From assembly GCA_963826305.1 (NCBI GenBank), contig CAWGWZ010000001.1, forward strand, positions 19,577 through 83,576: a DNA stretch of 64,000 nucleotides, in the 5' to 3' direction. A model generated the notes under the pieces. That model was not told the origin of the DNA. It did not search any database and was given only the letters and a program-made list of their open reading frames with translations. Within the stretch, counting starts at the first letter, position 1. Each line of letters opens with the position of its first letter. Positions 28,992-38,345 of the stretch are shown here, piece after piece. Source of the DNA: an uncultured delta proteobacterium. GTDB taxonomy: Bacteria; Desulfobacterota; BSN033; UBA1163. Made by a program: the position numbers and the translations under genes.

Positions 28992-29696
28992 ATGGACAAG
29001 GACCTAAACGAAAAGATAGAAATCTTTGCCAAGCTATTATATCAGTCTCGCTACCCCGTTTTCTTCACAGGAGCCGGGATCAGTACAGAATCAGGTCTCC
29101 CTGATTTTAGGGGACCGGATGGAATGTGGACCCGTCAGGAGAAAGGCCTTGCACCAAAACCCGTCAGCAGGCCATGGGATTCCTTCGAGCCAAATAGCGG
29201 CCACCTCGCCATCGTTGAGCTCCAGAAGATTGGAAAGCTAAAATTCTTGATTTCGCAGAATGTGGATAATCTCCATCTGAAATCAGGAATCCCGCCTGAT
29301 CTGCTCGCAGAATTGCACGGGAACATCACAAAGCTTCGATGCAAGGGGTGTGGAAATACCGTTGATCGCTCAACAGCCAAAACGATCTGTCAGTGCGGTG
29401 GGACATTGACCTCCAGCGTTGTTAATTTTGGTCAGGCCCTTCCGGAGAAGGATCTCATCTTATCTTTTGATCATTCAAGAAAGAGCGATCTTTTTGTCGT
29501 GGTCGGTTCCAGTCTTGTTGTAACACCGGCCGCTGACATGCCAGAAGAGGCTCTTCGTTCTGGTGCAAAGCTTGTCATCATCAATGAGGGCAAAACACCT
29601 TTTGACGTTCATGCCCATCTGAGATTCTACGAAAAGGTCGGCGAGGTGCTGCCCAGAGCGATGGAGCGACTAAAAATATTGATGGGCCTTGAATAG
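28992..29696 (+). CDS. Sir2/CobB-family NAD-dependent deacylase
   Basis: GAGISTESGLPDFRG, SQNVDNLH, ELHG, Zn-binding Cys pairs, GSSL. Confidence 0.92.
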   Translation: MDKDLNEKIEIFAKLLYQSRYPVFFTGAGISTESGLPDFRGPDGMWTRQEKGLAPKPVSRPWDSFEPNSGHLAIVELQKIGKLKFLISQNVDNLHLKSGIPPDLLAELHGNITKLRCKGCGNTVDRSTAKTICQCGGTLTSSVVNFGQALPEKDLILSFDHSRKSDLFVVVGSSLVVTPAADMPEEALRSGAKLVIINEGKTPFDVHAHLRFYEKVGEVLPRAMERLKILMGLE

Positions 29697-30066
29697 AAAA
29701 CAAAAAGGTCAAGTTTTAGTGTAAAGGTTAACAGTTTTTACGCCTTGTCAATAATCATGATAGTTGTATTTGGCCATGACTTCCTTCTCTGAAAAGGGGA
29801 TATGAACCATCCTCCTCACGGAGGACGTATTAGCAGATACCATACGATTGGTTATTAGTAAATGAGCTATTTTCAGGGGAAGTCATGATTTTTAAATCTT
29901 GTCATCAAATAGAACACTTCAAGCAGTCATCGGTAAAATAAAATTTCATATTAGGATCACGAGGCATAGAAAATAATTCTTATTGAAGTTTCAATCCAAA
30001 ATTAGTAGACTTTTATCAAACCATAGGGTTTTAAACCAACCTCCCAGCTAACCTTCGGGAGATTCC

Positions 30067-31971
30067 ATGACTACACAAGAAATAAAACGCAAGCTCACAG
30101 CCATCCTGAGTGCAGATGTCAAAGGTTACAGCCGCCTCATGGGGAAAGATGAGGTTGGAACCATCCAAACCCTCAACACTTACAAAGAGGTGATGGCTGG
30201 CCTCATTCAGCATCACCATGGCCGGGTGGTGGATGCCCCAGGGGATAACCTTCTGGCTGAGTTTGCGAGTGTGGTGGATACGGTTCAATGTGCGGTAGAA
30301 ATTCAGAAAGAACTCAAAGTCCGAAATGACAAGTTGCCTCTAAACCGCAGGATGGAGTTTCGCATCGGGATTAATCTTGGGGACGTGGTCGAGGAGGAAG
30401 ATAAGATCTTTGGAGATGGGGTAAACATTGCAGCTCGAATGGAGAGTTTGGCTGAAGGAGGGGGTATCCGTATTTCTGGAATCGTCTATGACCAGGTAAA
30501 GAACAAGCTGACCTTGAGATATGAATTCGTTGGGAAGCACGCTGTAAAAAACATCGCAGACCCCGTACGGGTATACCGGGTACTGATGGAACCCGAAACA
30601 TCGGTTTCGGCAGTGAGTAGATGGAAAAGAGTGGGGTTCAATTATTGGAAACGGATACATCCTGTTTTTAAAGTTCTCATAGCATTGGTGGCAGCGGCCA
30701 ACGTCGTTTGGCAGTTCTACCCACACCTGCGTCCTTCTCGGCCACCCGTTGAGGGAGTTTCCAAAGAAAAAATGGTTCTCTCCTTACCAGATAAGCCCTC
30801 CATTGCCGTGCTGCCATTCGTCAACATGAGCGGGGACCCAAAGCAGGAGTTCTTCAGCGAAGGGATCACCGAGGACATCATCACAGCCCTTTCCAAGGTA
30901 CCCATGCTGTTTGTAATTGCCCGTAATTCGACGTTCACCTACAAGGGAAAACCGGTGAAGGTCAAGCAGATAAGTGAAGAACTGGGGGTTCAGTACGTAC
31001 TGGAGGAAAGTGTCCAGAGGTCTGCTGACCGCCTTCGGATCACAGCCCAGTTGATCGATGCACTTACAGGGCATCACATTTTGGCCGAGCGCTACGATCG
31101 TGATCTGAAAGACATCTTTGCGCTGCAGGATGAGGTTACACGCAACATACTTACGGCTATGCAAGTGAAAATTACGGAGGGAGAGCAAGCCCTGCATCGC
31201 GACAAGGGGCTACGAAATCTCAATTGCTATTTGAAGTTGTTGGAAGGGAAAAATTACTCGGATCGCTTCGATATCGAGGGCAACAACTTGGCCCGGCGGA
31301 TGGGAGAAGAGGCTCTTGTTATGTGCCCAGAGTCTTCATCAGCTTATGATCTCCTGGCTACTACCCACATGATGGATTACTGGCTTGGCTCTGGCAAGTC
31401 CCCTCGGGAGTCTCTTGAGAAAGCTATTGAACTGGCACAAAAGGCCATTGCACTGGATGGTACCTATGCTCAGCCCCACGGTTTGTTGAGCTTCCTCTAT
31501 TCCATAAAGAGAGAGCACGAGAAGGCGCTTGCCGAGGGGGAACGGGCTGTGGCTCTTGATCCTAACGGGGCGGATGTTCATGCATGGTATGCCATGAGTC
31601 TGAGCTTTGCAGGGAGGCCGGAAGAAGCCATTCCATTGTTTCAAAAAGCAATCCGACTCAACCCTTTCGGTCCGACCTGGTACTTTTTTAACCTCGGGAA
31701 TGCCCTCGGGAATACGAGACGGTTTGAGGAGGCAGTCTTGGCATATAAGAAGGCGCTTCAGCGCTCTCCTGATAATTTACTCGCTCATGTTCTCTTGGCC
31801 ACTACATACAGTATGATGGGCCGTGAGAAGGAGGCCCGCGCCGAAGCTGCAGAAGTTCTTAGGATAAATCCAAAGTTCTCCCTGGATTACTTTGTAAAGA
31901 CCCTTCCATACAAGGATCAAAAAGTAATAAATAACCTTATTGACGGTTTGCGCAAAGCGGGCCTGAAGTGA
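30067..31971 (+). CDS. Class III adenylate/guanylate cyclase with TolB-like and TPR domains
   Basis: ADVKGYS, GDNLLAEF, FRIGINLGDV, GDGVNIAAR, PSIAVLPF, TPR repeats. Confidence 0.93.
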   Translation: MTTQEIKRKLTAILSADVKGYSRLMGKDEVGTIQTLNTYKEVMAGLIQHHHGRVVDAPGDNLLAEFASVVDTVQCAVEIQKELKVRNDKLPLNRRMEFRIGINLGDVVEEEDKIFGDGVNIAARMESLAEGGGIRISGIVYDQVKNKLTLRYEFVGKHAVKNIADPVRVYRVLMEPETSVSAVSRWKRVGFNYWKRIHPVFKVLIALVAAANVVWQFYPHLRPSRPPVEGVSKEKMVLSLPDKPSIAVLPFVNMSGDPKQEFFSEGITEDIITALSKVPMLFVIARNSTFTYKGKPVKVKQISEELGVQYVLEESVQRSADRLRITAQLIDALTGHHILAERYDRDLKDIFALQDEVTRNILTAMQVKITEGEQALHRDKGLRNLNCYLKLLEGKNYSDRFDIEGNNLARRMGEEALVMCPESSSAYDLLATTHMMDYWLGSGKSPRESLEKAIELAQKAIALDGTYAQPHGLLSFLYSIKREHEKALAEGERAVALDPNGADVHAWYAMSLSFAGRPEEAIPLFQKAIRLNPFGPTWYFFNLGNALGNTRRFEEAVLAYKKALQRSPDNLLAHVLLATTYSMMGREKEARAEAAEVLRINPKFSLDYFVKTLPYKDQKVINNLIDGLRKAGLK

Positions 31972-32530
31972 GACTTAGGAAGTTTCCGCAGGGGACTGGC
32001 AAAGATAAAGGTATTCAAGGCAGTGGTAAAGGTCCGGGAATCGCGAAATGCAATGCGATATTGCTAGGCAAGAGCTAACCCTACCCTAGGATAACGGGAA
32101 CTTCTGAGTTTAAGGAATGCGCAACCAAATGCTAACTCAGAAAGGCAGGGACATTTTGGCTGCCTTTTTTGATATCTATATATTGTGGTTAAGGTATTTG
32201 GGTAAAAAGTATAGATATCCGCTATAGATGCGCACTCTTCGATACCTCGGAAAAGTTACGATTTGATATTCATATATCAATTTAAACTGTCCAAAAGAAG
32301 GCCGGAAATTCGATTACTCAGGAGGCATGATGCACTCTTTCATCACTCAATAATTGTTGATTGTTGGGCTTTGGAATATTTGAAGGTGGGTAGGTGTAGT
32401 CGCCAGCTCTACCGGACATTCGAGTATGAATCTTTTGCTATCGCAACAAGCCCCGGTATAATCGCTTCAACTTGTTCAGACATTTCGGATGGAGCAATCT
32501 CTTTCCCCCCTCCCATTTGATAAGAGTAAA

Positions 32531-32570
32531 CCCCGTTAGAAATTCCAGCGGGGCATTATTTCTAACGGGG
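32531..32570 (+). mobile_element. CCCCGTTAGAAA-family MITE, 40-bp short form
   Basis: GAG-TAAA|ccccgttagaaattccagcggggcattatttctaacgggg|TAAA. Confidence 0.85.
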
Positions 32571-32822
32571 TAAATTCGTGGATGGCGATGTCCTTGGCGA
32601 ATTCCCTAATCAAAAGACCTTTCTCTTTTCTGTGCTCTCTGATATAATCCGTAAAGGTTTTGGGGCTCTTGGGGTAGGACGGGTTGAAGTTCAGCTGGCT
32701 CTGGGCTTCGAGAAGGAGTAAGCTGGTGAGGGACCCGGAAGGAAAACGCCCGCAGGGCAGAGGATTTCTTTCAGGAATTGTCTTTCCAGGGTGTCCGGTC
32801 GAGAAGAGGAGGTGAAAGGGCG

Positions 32823-33050
32823 ATGATAAAGTTTTTGTTCGGAGTGATCGTTGGCATTCTCATCTTCTTTTTCTTCCTCTGGTTCGGGGGTGGGAAGACC
32901 GTGAAGAAGATCGGAGAGGGTTTAACAGATACCGGCAAGAAGATGGAGGTCTTGGAAGAGACGATCAAGAAGGAAAAGGAAGATGTGGGCAAGGGATTGC
33001 AAAAGAAATTCTTTAAAGAGGAGAAGGAGTTCCAGAAGAAAAGTCAATAA
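32823..33050 (+). CDS. Small single-TM hypothetical protein
   Basis: GGAGGTG RBS; hydrophobic N-terminus with a Lys/Glu-rich tail. Confidence 0.7.
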   Translation: MIKFLFGVIVGILIFFFFLWFGGGKTVKKIGEGLTDTGKKMEVLEETIKKEKEDVGKGLQKKFFKEEKEFQKKSQ

Positions 33051-33322
33051 CTGATCGAGAAGTCCTCAAATTCGCCAGTATAATCCTCCCAAGTGGTATA
33101 GACCCTTGTCACCCTTGCCTCAGATGGACCTCGATGGCACCATTGGATGACCTTCTCAACTTTGTCCTTATCCCCTTCAAAGACGGCCTCGACACGACCA
33201 TCCCTGCGATTTTTGACCCAGCCATTGACTCCCAGTCTAAGAGCCGTCTCTTGAGTATGGGAGCGGAAGAAGACCCCCTGGACCCTTCCTTCAACGATCA
33301 CGTGTCCCCTCACCCTTTCCAT
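33044..33322 (-). CDS. acyP: Acylphosphatase
   Basis: GRVQGVFFR, GWVKNRRDGRVE. Confidence 0.95.
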   Translation of the reverse strand: MERVRGHVIVEGRVQGVFFRSHTQETALRLGVNGWVKNRRDGRVEAVFEGDKDKVEKVIQWCHRGPSEARVTRVYTTWEDYTGEFEDFSISY

Positions 33323-33467
33323 ATCGTTTCAAAAATTATCATAGGATCTTCTCAAAATCAATGATGAAATCAAATCCAAAGAACAAATTTGACTTGAAAA
33401 GATGGAGTTGAATCGATTAGAATTTTATTTGTTTTATTTTTACTGAAAGGGCGAATGGTTTCAGGGG

Positions 33468-36400
33468 ATGAAGAGACTCTATCTGGGCATCGATGTCGGT
33501 TCTGTGAGTGCTAATACCGTCATCATGGATGATCATCAGGAGGTGTTGGAGGAGCATTACACCCGAATCAAGGGCCAGCCTCTCCAAACTGTTCAGAAGA
33601 TATTGGAAGAGATCCTCCGACGGATCCCAATCGAACAGTTCCAGACGATTTCTTTTACAGGGATCGGAGGAAAACTTCTTTCAGAAATCTTGGGCGGGAA
33701 TTTCGTCAACGAGATTATTGCCCAGGCAAAGGCCGTTCAACATCTTTATCCCGAGGTCAGGACGATCATCGATATCGGGGGAGAGGACTCCAAACTCATC
33801 GTCGTTGAGGAGGAAGGAGGTCATCTCAAGATCAGCGACTTCTCAATGAATACCCTCTGCGCTGCCGGCACTGGATCCTTTCTGGATCAGCAGGCCAGCC
33901 GGCTGGGTCTGACGATTGAGGAATTTGGAGAGCTTGCCCTGAAATCAACGAACCCACCCCGCATTGCAGGACGGTGCAGCGTCTTCGCAAAATCGGATAT
34001 GATCCATCTGCAACAGATCGCCACACCGGATTACGACATCGTCGCTGGCCTCTGCTATGCCCTGGCAAGAAATTTCAAGAGCAACATCGGCAAGGGAAAG
34101 ACCTTTGTGAAGCCCATCTCCTTCCAAGGGGGTGTGGCGGCCAATGTGGGGATGCGAAGAGCCTTCATGGATGTCTTGGAGCTTTCCAACGGAGAGCTCA
34201 TCATCCCAAAATATTTTACTTCGATGGGAGCCATCGGCGCTATATGGGTGACGCACGAAAACAAAGAGAGCAAAAAGGGCTGGGCCGGCCTCAGCCGCCT
34301 GAACCAATATCTCCAAGAACATCAGGAAGAACAGACTACATTAAAGCGCCTCTGTCTCTCCTCCCGTCATCTCATTTCACCCCCACCGCAGCCCTCCCCC
34401 GTCAAGGGGGAGGGGAATAAGCTTGGTGTAGCAAGGGGAGAGAAGCCCGAGGCTTATCTCGGATTGGATGTGGGCTCGATCAGCACCAATCTGGTCGTGA
34501 TCGACCGCGAAAAGAGGGTTCTCTCCAAGCGATATCTGATGACCGCTGGACGACCTATCGAGGCGGTTCGCATCGGCCTTCAGGAGATTGGTGAGGAGAT
34601 TGGGGACCGGGTGGAGATCAAAGGGGTCGGAACGACCGGTTCCGGCCGTTACCTCACTGCAGATTTCGTCGGAGCGGATCTGGTGCGGAATGAAATTACC
34701 GCTCAGGCCACTGCAGCGGTTCACATCGACCCGGGCGTCGATACGATCTTTGAAATCGGAGGACAGGACTCAAAATATATCAGCCTCGACAATGGTGTGG
34801 TGGTTGATTTCGAGATGAACAAGGTTTGCGCGGCAGGGACCGGTTCTTTTCTGGAAGAGCAGGCTGAGAAACTGGATATTTCTATTAAGGAAGAATTTGG
34901 CGGACTTGCCCTCTCCGCCGCGGAGCCGGTGAGGATGGGCGAGCGGTGTACGGTATTCATCGAGTCCGATCTGGTCCATCACCAACAGAGGGGTGCCAAA
35001 AAGGATGACCTGGTTGCTGGGCTGAGTTACTCGATTGTTCAGAATTACCTTAACCGGGTGGTCGGAGACCGCCGGATCGGGACCCAAATCTTCTTCCAGG
35101 GTGGAACCGCTTTCAATAAAGGAGTGGTCGCTGCCTTTGAAAAGGTTCTCGATAAGGAGATCATCGTTCCTGAAAATCACGATGTGACAGGCGCGATCGG
35201 GGTCGCCATTTTGGCCTTGGAGGAGCGGACCTGGGAGAGATCAAGTTTCAAAGGATTTGACTTGAGCCAGCGCCGGTATGAACAATCCTCCTTTGAATGC
35301 AAGGGTTGTCCCAATCTCTGCCTCATCCGAAAAGTAAGCGTGGAAGGAGAGAAACCCCTCTTTTATGGAAGCCGATGTGAGAAGTACGATGTCATTAAAC
35401 GGACGAAGGGGTCAGACGTACCTGACCTCTTTAGTGAAAGGGAGAAGATGCTTTTTGCTCCCTATGAAGGGGAGGAGCAGCTTCCTCAAAATGCCCCGGA
35501 GATTGGGGTACCCAGGATTCTTTATTTTCACGAGATGTTTCCTTTCTGGAGAGCATTCTTTACGGAACTGGGTTATCGCGTCATTCTTTCCGATGCGACG
35601 AACAAGGAACTGATTCGAAAAGGGGTGGAGAATGTTGTCTCGGAAACCTGTTTCCCTGTTAAAGTGAGCCATGGCCATGTCCTCAACCTTTTAGAAAAAG
35701 GTGTAAAGAAGATCTTTCTGCCGAGCATCGTCAACCTCAAACCTTCCCACCCGGAAATCCCAAATACCTCTGCTTGTCCTTATGCACAATCCTTCCCCTA
35801 TGCTGTTCCTTCGTCCATCGATTTCAAGAGGAAGGATGTGAAGATCCTTCAGCCTATCCTCCACTTGGGTTTTGGGAGAGAATATTTAGAGAAGGAACTG
35901 ATCCAGTTTGGTGAATCACTCCACCGAGGATCCAAGCGAATGAAGAAGGCGCTGGAGAAGGCCGAAAGATTCCAGGCCCAGTTTTATCAATCCCTACTCC
36001 ATCGTGGAAAAGAGGTTTTGGATCGGGTTGACCCCAACGATAAGGTCATGGTGATCGTGGGGAGGCCTTACAACTCCTGTGACTCAGCGGTGAACCTTGA
36101 GATTCCAAAAAAACTGCGAGATTTAGGGGTGCTGGCCATTCCCATGGACTTTCTTCCTCTGGAATCTGTTGCACCTTCTGAAGAGATTCGGGAGATGTAT
36201 TGGCGATACGGCCAGAGGATCTTGGCCGCTGGAAAGATCATCAAAAAAGATCCCAGACTTTATGCGGTCTATATTACTAATTTTGGTTGCGGCCCGGATT
36301 CTTTCATCACCCATTTCTTCAGGGATTTATCCAAAGGGAAGCCCTATCTCCAATTGGAAATCGATGAGCACAGCGCGGATGCAGGGGCCATCACACGATG

Positions 36401-37679
36401 CGAAGCCTTCTTAGATAGCTTGAAAAATGTGGAGGTGAAACCGGTTCCCTCTTTGAGAAGAGAGAAGGCAAAGACCGACCGAACCAAAAAGATTTACATT
36501 CCCTATATGTGTGATCATTCCTTTGCTGTCGCAGCGGCTTTCAAGGCTTGTGGCGTAGACGCCGATGTCTTCCCTGAATCGGACGAAGAAACGCTTTATT
36601 GGGGAAGAAAACTCACCTCAGGCAAAGAATGTTATCCCTGTATCCTGACCACGGGCGATATGGTCAAGTTGGTGAAGGATCCTCATTTTGATCACCAGCG
36701 GGCCGCCTTCTTCATGCCCTCTGGTAATGGACCTTGCCGGTTTGGACAATACCATCGCTTTCATCGCCTCGTTCTGGATGACTTGGGTTTTCACCATGTC
36801 CCCATCTACTCGCCCAATCAGGATGAAACGCTTTATAGTGACCTGGGCATCATGGGTTCTCAATTCACCCGCTTGGGGTGGCAGGGAATTGTCGCGGTGG
36901 ACCTCTTGATGAAAAAACTCTTGGAGACCCGGCCCTACGAGAAGGAGAAGGGGAAAACGGATCAGGTCTATCAGGAGTCTTTAAACAGAGTCTGCGAAGC
37001 GATCCTCAAGGGAGACGATTTGGAAGAAGCTCTTCAGAAGAGCATCGAGGATTTCAATCAGATTGAGGTGGATGGACTGGGAACAAAGCCCCTGATTGGA
37101 ATTGTCGGAGAGATCTTTGTTCGGCTCAACCGGTTTGCCAATGAGAACGTCATCCGAAAGATCGAACAGTTTGGAGGAGAGGCATGGATCGCCCCTCTGA
37201 CGGAATGGATTCTCTATGTCAACACCATTGCCAAAAAGAGGAGTCTCAAAAATAGATCCTTTTCGAATCTTTTAAAAGTTTTTTTTACAGACTATTATCA
37301 GAAGAAGGACGAACACCATTTAGAGGAAGTATTTAAACACCACCTCAGAAACTTTGGTGAGCCAAAAACCAAATCCATTTTCAGAAATGCCAAGCCTTAT
37401 TTGGATTCCTCCTTTGAAGGAGAAGCGATCCTCTCCGTTGGAAAGACGATCGATTTTGCCAAAAGGGGCGCCAGTGGAATTGTCAATATCATGCCATTTA
37501 CTTGCATGCCTGGGACGATTGTGAGCACCTTACTTAAACGATATCGAGAAGAAAATAGTAATATCCCCATCCTCAACATGGCTTATGATGGGCAGGAGCA
37601 AACCAACACATTAACCCGCCTTGAAGCCTTCATGTATCAAGCCAAGGAATTCCAAAACAGAAAGAATAAGGCAATTTAA
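33468..37679 (+). CDS. CoA-substrate-specific enzyme activase (two BadF/BadG/BcrA/BcrD domains + DUF2229)
   Basis: GIDVGS/GLDVGS twice, DIGGEDSK/EIGGQDSK, CAAGTGSFL twice, CFPVKV, CGPDS, CRFGQY, PFTCMP. Confidence 0.92.
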   Translation: MKRLYLGIDVGSVSANTVIMDDHQEVLEEHYTRIKGQPLQTVQKILEEILRRIPIEQFQTISFTGIGGKLLSEILGGNFVNEIIAQAKAVQHLYPEVRTIIDIGGEDSKLIVVEEEGGHLKISDFSMNTLCAAGTGSFLDQQASRLGLTIEEFGELALKSTNPPRIAGRCSVFAKSDMIHLQQIATPDYDIVAGLCYALARNFKSNIGKGKTFVKPISFQGGVAANVGMRRAFMDVLELSNGELIIPKYFTSMGAIGAIWVTHENKESKKGWAGLSRLNQYLQEHQEEQTTLKRLCLSSRHLISPPPQPSPVKGEGNKLGVARGEKPEAYLGLDVGSISTNLVVIDREKRVLSKRYLMTAGRPIEAVRIGLQEIGEEIGDRVEIKGVGTTGSGRYLTADFVGADLVRNEITAQATAAVHIDPGVDTIFEIGGQDSKYISLDNGVVVDFEMNKVCAAGTGSFLEEQAEKLDISIKEEFGGLALSAAEPVRMGERCTVFIESDLVHHQQRGAKKDDLVAGLSYSIVQNYLNRVVGDRRIGTQIFFQGGTAFNKGVVAAFEKVLDKEIIVPENHDVTGAIGVAILALEERTWERSSFKGFDLSQRRYEQSSFECKGCPNLCLIRKVSVEGEKPLFYGSRCEKYDVIKRTKGSDVPDLFSEREKMLFAPYEGEEQLPQNAPEIGVPRILYFHEMFPFWRAFFTELGYRVILSDATNKELIRKGVENVVSETCFPVKVSHGHVLNLLEKGVKKIFLPSIVNLKPSHPEIPNTSACPYAQSFPYAVPSSIDFKRKDVKILQPILHLGFGREYLEKELIQFGESLHRGSKRMKKALEKAERFQAQFYQSLLHRGKEVLDRVDPNDKVMVIVGRPYNSCDSAVNLEIPKKLRDLGVLAIPMDFLPLESVAPSEEIREMYWRYGQRILAAGKIIKKDPRLYAVYITNFGCGPDSFITHFFRDLSKGKPYLQLEIDEHSADAGAITRCEAFLDSLKNVEVKPVPSLRREKAKTDRTKKIYIPYMCDHSFAVAAAFKACGVDADVFPESDEETLYWGRKLTSGKECYPCILTTGDMVKLVKDPHFDHQRAAFFMPSGNGPCRFGQYHRFHRLVLDDLGFHHVPIYSPNQDETLYSDLGIMGSQFTRLGWQGIVAVDLLMKKLLETRPYEKEKGKTDQVYQESLNRVCEAILKGDDLEEALQKSIEDFNQIEVDGLGTKPLIGIVGEIFVRLNRFANENVIRKIEQFGGEAWIAPLTEWILYVNTIAKKRSLKNRSFSNLLKVFFTDYYQKKDEHHLEEVFKHHLRNFGEPKTKSIFRNAKPYLDSSFEGEAILSVGKTIDFAKRGASGIVNIMPFTCMPGTIVSTLLKRYREENSNIPILNMAYDGQEQTNTLTRLEAFMYQAKEFQNRKNKAI
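34377..34416. repeat. In-frame palindromic repeat inside the activase interdomain linker
   Basis: CCCTCCCCC-GTCAA-GGGGGAGGG perfect 9-bp stem encoding SPPPQPSPVKGEG. Confidence 0.7.
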
Positions 37680-37740
37680 CTCCTCGAAATTTAAGGATAT
37701 TTATTTTTTATCCACTTTGTTAAAAAAATCACTTTTTTTA

Positions 37741-37770
37741 TTGACTTTTTTAAAAGGGGAATGATATAAG
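37741..37770 (+). promoter_or_regulatory. Sigma70-like promoter
   Basis: TTGACT-18 nt-TATAAG with an extended -10 TG. Confidence 0.5.
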
Positions 37771-37804
37771 GTGAATCAGTATTACCAATATAAGATCTCG
37801 AAAT

Positions 37805-38107
37805 ATGAAATGGATTCAATTTGTACTGATTCTTTTTTTACTTCCGGGTCTTCCTCTGTTTCAAATGGACCAGGCCATTGATATTGGTTGGTTAGTTTGC
37901 GAAAACTCCCTTGTTACAAAATCAGAAATGAATGATCCTTCTATCGAACAGAATTTATGGTTCGACTTAGAACCTCCATCTTATTTTTTCAATCAAGTTA
38001 AATTTTTCTTTCAATTGAAGAACCCTTTATCTGTTTTACTTTCCTATTTTCAGGGGACCTCTCCTTTCTGGAGACCTCCTCCTGACTTTTATCCTTCCTC
38101 GTCTTGA
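37805..38107 (+). CDS. Leader ORF with signal-like N-terminus and C-terminal RPPP motif (candidate arrest peptide)
   Basis: MKWIQFVLILFLLPGLPLF...SPFWRPPPDFYPSSS; directly upstream of oadG-oadB. Confidence 0.65.
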   Translation: MKWIQFVLILFLLPGLPLFQMDQAIDIGWLVCENSLVTKSEMNDPSIEQNLWFDLEPPSYFFNQVKFFFQLKNPLSVLLSYFQGTSPFWRPPPDFYPSSS

Positions 38108-38174
38108 TCACCCTTTAAAAGGGAAGGGGTTCCAGATTTAAATGAGGACCTTTCCATACATTATCAGGAGGTAA

Positions 38175-38315
38175 ATGGATATGAAGATGGATAATTGGAC
38201 ATTCGGAATTTCAATGATCGTCGTTGGAATGGGAGGAACACTCCTGACACTCTGGATCTTGAGCCTGTGCATGAGTGTTCTAAAAAAGTTCTTCCCTTAT
38301 AGAAAAGAAGAATAG
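38175..38315 (+). CDS. oadG: OadG/GcdD-like small membrane subunit of a Na+-translocating decarboxylase
   Basis: 46 aa MDMKMDNWTFGISMIVVGMGGTLLTLWILSLCMSVLKKFFPYRKEE; AGGAGG RBS; precedes the beta subunit; absent from the ORF track. Confidence 0.8.
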   Translation: MDMKMDNWTFGISMIVVGMGGTLLTLWILSLCMSVLKKFFPYRKEE

Positions 38316-38345
38316 GGCAAGTACGCAAAAAAGGAGGGATCAAAC

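Noticed and set aside
32050-32170. Hairpins plus T-tract after the cyclase as an sRNA
   Set aside because: Explainable as a terminator region; no promoter or family evidence.
32650-32770. GC-rich leader with CCGGAAGG (SRP-like) and a TTGAAG segment (tRNA-Sec anticodon-like on the minus strand)
   Set aside because: Lacks the CAGG..GGAA..AGCAG SRP helix and cannot be folded into a tRNA.
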